From positions 14,322,001 to 14,386,000 of the forward strand of contig NC_135760.1 in the NCBI RefSeq assembly GCF_052425735.1: a DNA stretch of 64,000 nt, given 5' to 3'. Position numbers and translations under genes: made by a program. Each line of letters begins with the position of its first letter. Positions within the stretch are counted from its first letter, which is position 1. This document shows positions 62,201-64,000 of the stretch, piece after piece. Below the pieces are notes generated by a model. It saw nothing but the letters and a program-made list of their open reading frames with translations, did not search any database and was not told the DNA's origin. This DNA is from Oculina patagonica. Taxonomy: Eukaryota.

Positions 62201-64000
62201 ATGTATTCCAAACATCAGCGATTCGAAGGAATCAAGAGGAACTATAGCCCAGAGACTGTCGAAAAGCTCCGCGGTTCTTTAAAGATCGAGTACACTTTGG
62301 CGAGGCGAGGCACAACAAAACTCTGGAATTACTTGACTCGTGGAGGAAATTCTTACATAAACGCTATGGGAGCCCTAACAGGTAAGAAAACGTCGTTTTT
62401 ATCGGAATTCCCAGTCCGTATCCTCGATGTCTATTTTGACGCAGGGCCGAGTTTTTGCTCCACGTGAAAGCCACTCTCTTCCCAAATATGGTGAATGTTA
62501 CGATGTGGCGCGCAATTTGCTTGGGATTTTTCCGCGAGCGAGTTTGACAAGCTCGATCTCTTGAATTTAAATGCCTTTTCATCTTTTTTCACTAGTTTAT
62601 TGAAAATAACTCTAAAAAAAATTTACGATACGATTTTTTCACGGCCACGTCAACCCAAGAAAATCGAATGACGTGGAAATTTAGCGGAACGGCAAATGAA
62701 CTTTGGACTGAGATGTGAAAACCGGTGAAGACTGATGTGACTCGACAATTTTCCACTCGATTTCCTTTCAAAAACTTAAATGCCGACTTCAAAACAAAAC
62801 CGCAAAAAAATATTTTTAGATCGGATGAACGGACTAACGTTCAATGATCATCTTTACGGGAGGCGAATGACGCATTTTGACTCGATGGAATTCGACTCGA
62901 TCACCCTCTTAGATCGCATCGCATCAGGAAAAAAAAAAAAAAATAAGCTTAATTATAATGAAAGAAGACTTAACTTATCAAATCTAACACGATTTTTTGA
63001 TCTAATATTCTGGCAAAGTAGAAGGAAAAAAACTGAATAACTTTTTATTTATTTTTTTTTGTTAAAAAGAAATATATTGATTAAACATGTTTGTGATTTC
63101 AGGCGGCCAGGCGGTACAGATGGCCAAAGCAGGCCTAAAAGCCATCTACCTGAGTGGCTGGCAAGTTGCCGGGGATAACAATCTTGCTGCACAGACATAT
63201 CCTGATCAGAGCTTGTATCCCGCTAACTCTGCACCTAAGCTAGTGGAGCGTATCAATAATGCCTTCATCAGGGCAGACCAGATTGCGCACATGGAAGGAA
63301 CTGAAAAGCACATTGATTACTTTTTGCCCATTGTTGCCGACTGTGAAGCTGGATTTGGGGGACCACTGAATGCATTTGAACTCACTAAGTCCATGGTAAG
63401 TTCCTGGCTTTTAAAACTTTTATTGACCTACATGTACCTTAAGATTAAATTTTTATCTCCAAATATACCCTCATTTCTACTTCAACAGCTTTTTCTCAGC
63501 AATTAAAATTGGGTCACCAAATGCCAAGTGAAATGATCTGTGAAAGTTTAGCTTACTCTATTAATGATCACTAAATATTATGTTGACCGAAGAACCCTAT
63601 CAAGTTGTTGGTTGACGAATAAACAGGGGTGAAGATTAGGGTTAAGTCAAGTCAGTACCCTTAGTGCCAGCCGTTTTTGTTTGCTATGATCTTTCACACC
63701 TCTGGTATTTTATCAGTCAAGTACATTACTTACAGGTTAAAAAATAATTTTTGGCTAACAACTCATGACTTCTTTTGTCAACAGATTGCAGCAGGTGCTG
63801 CCGCCGTTCATTTTGAAGACCAACTGGCCTCAGAAAAGAAATGTGGCCACATGGGAGGAAAAGTTCTTGTGCCGACTCAGCAGTTCATCAAGGTGTTGAA
63901 TGCAGCTCGATTGGCTGGCGATGTTTTGGATGTCCCTATTGTCATTGTTGGCCGCACTGATGCTAACTCTGCCGCCCTGGTCACGTCAGATATTGACCCG
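62201..64000 (+). CDS. Isocitrate lyase (5' part; continues beyond right edge). Exons 62201-62381, 63103-63395, 63785->64000
   Basis: Motifs [83 protein letters not shown]. Confidence 0.96.

Noticed and set aside
54936-64000. Bacterial aceBA contamination
   Set aside because: Both genes have multiple GT-AG introns containing host-type MITEs and are contiguous with animal SNRPD3/GUCD1

Overview
AT-rich, intron-rich eukaryotic (animal) genomic DNA. The gene content and repeat types suggest an anthozoan cnidarian such as a stony coral; this is an inference, not a database match. Eight spliced protein-coding genes were reconstructed by hand from splice sites. In order they are EIF2B1 (-, runs off the left edge), an SLC22 organic cation transporter (+), UNC93A-like (+), a PX-SH3-SH3-SH3 Tks/p47phox-family adaptor (-), SNRPD3 (-) head-to-head with GUCD1 (+), and malate synthase (-, C-terminal AKL) head-to-head with isocitrate lyase (+, runs off the right edge). 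The window also holds seven tRNA-Lys(CTT) genes, many MITEs and SINEs, a Crypton-like relic and two N gaps. The most notable observations are: (1) both glyoxylate-shunt enzymes form a divergent, intron-containing gene pair around a shared ~2.3 kb region with CCAAT and HNF4-like motifs; (2) a 1.44 kb foldback transposon with an exact 8-bp target-site duplication carries a 5S-rRNA-derived Pol III cassette in each arm; (3) the SNRPD3/GUCD1 head-to-head arrangement is the same as in human.
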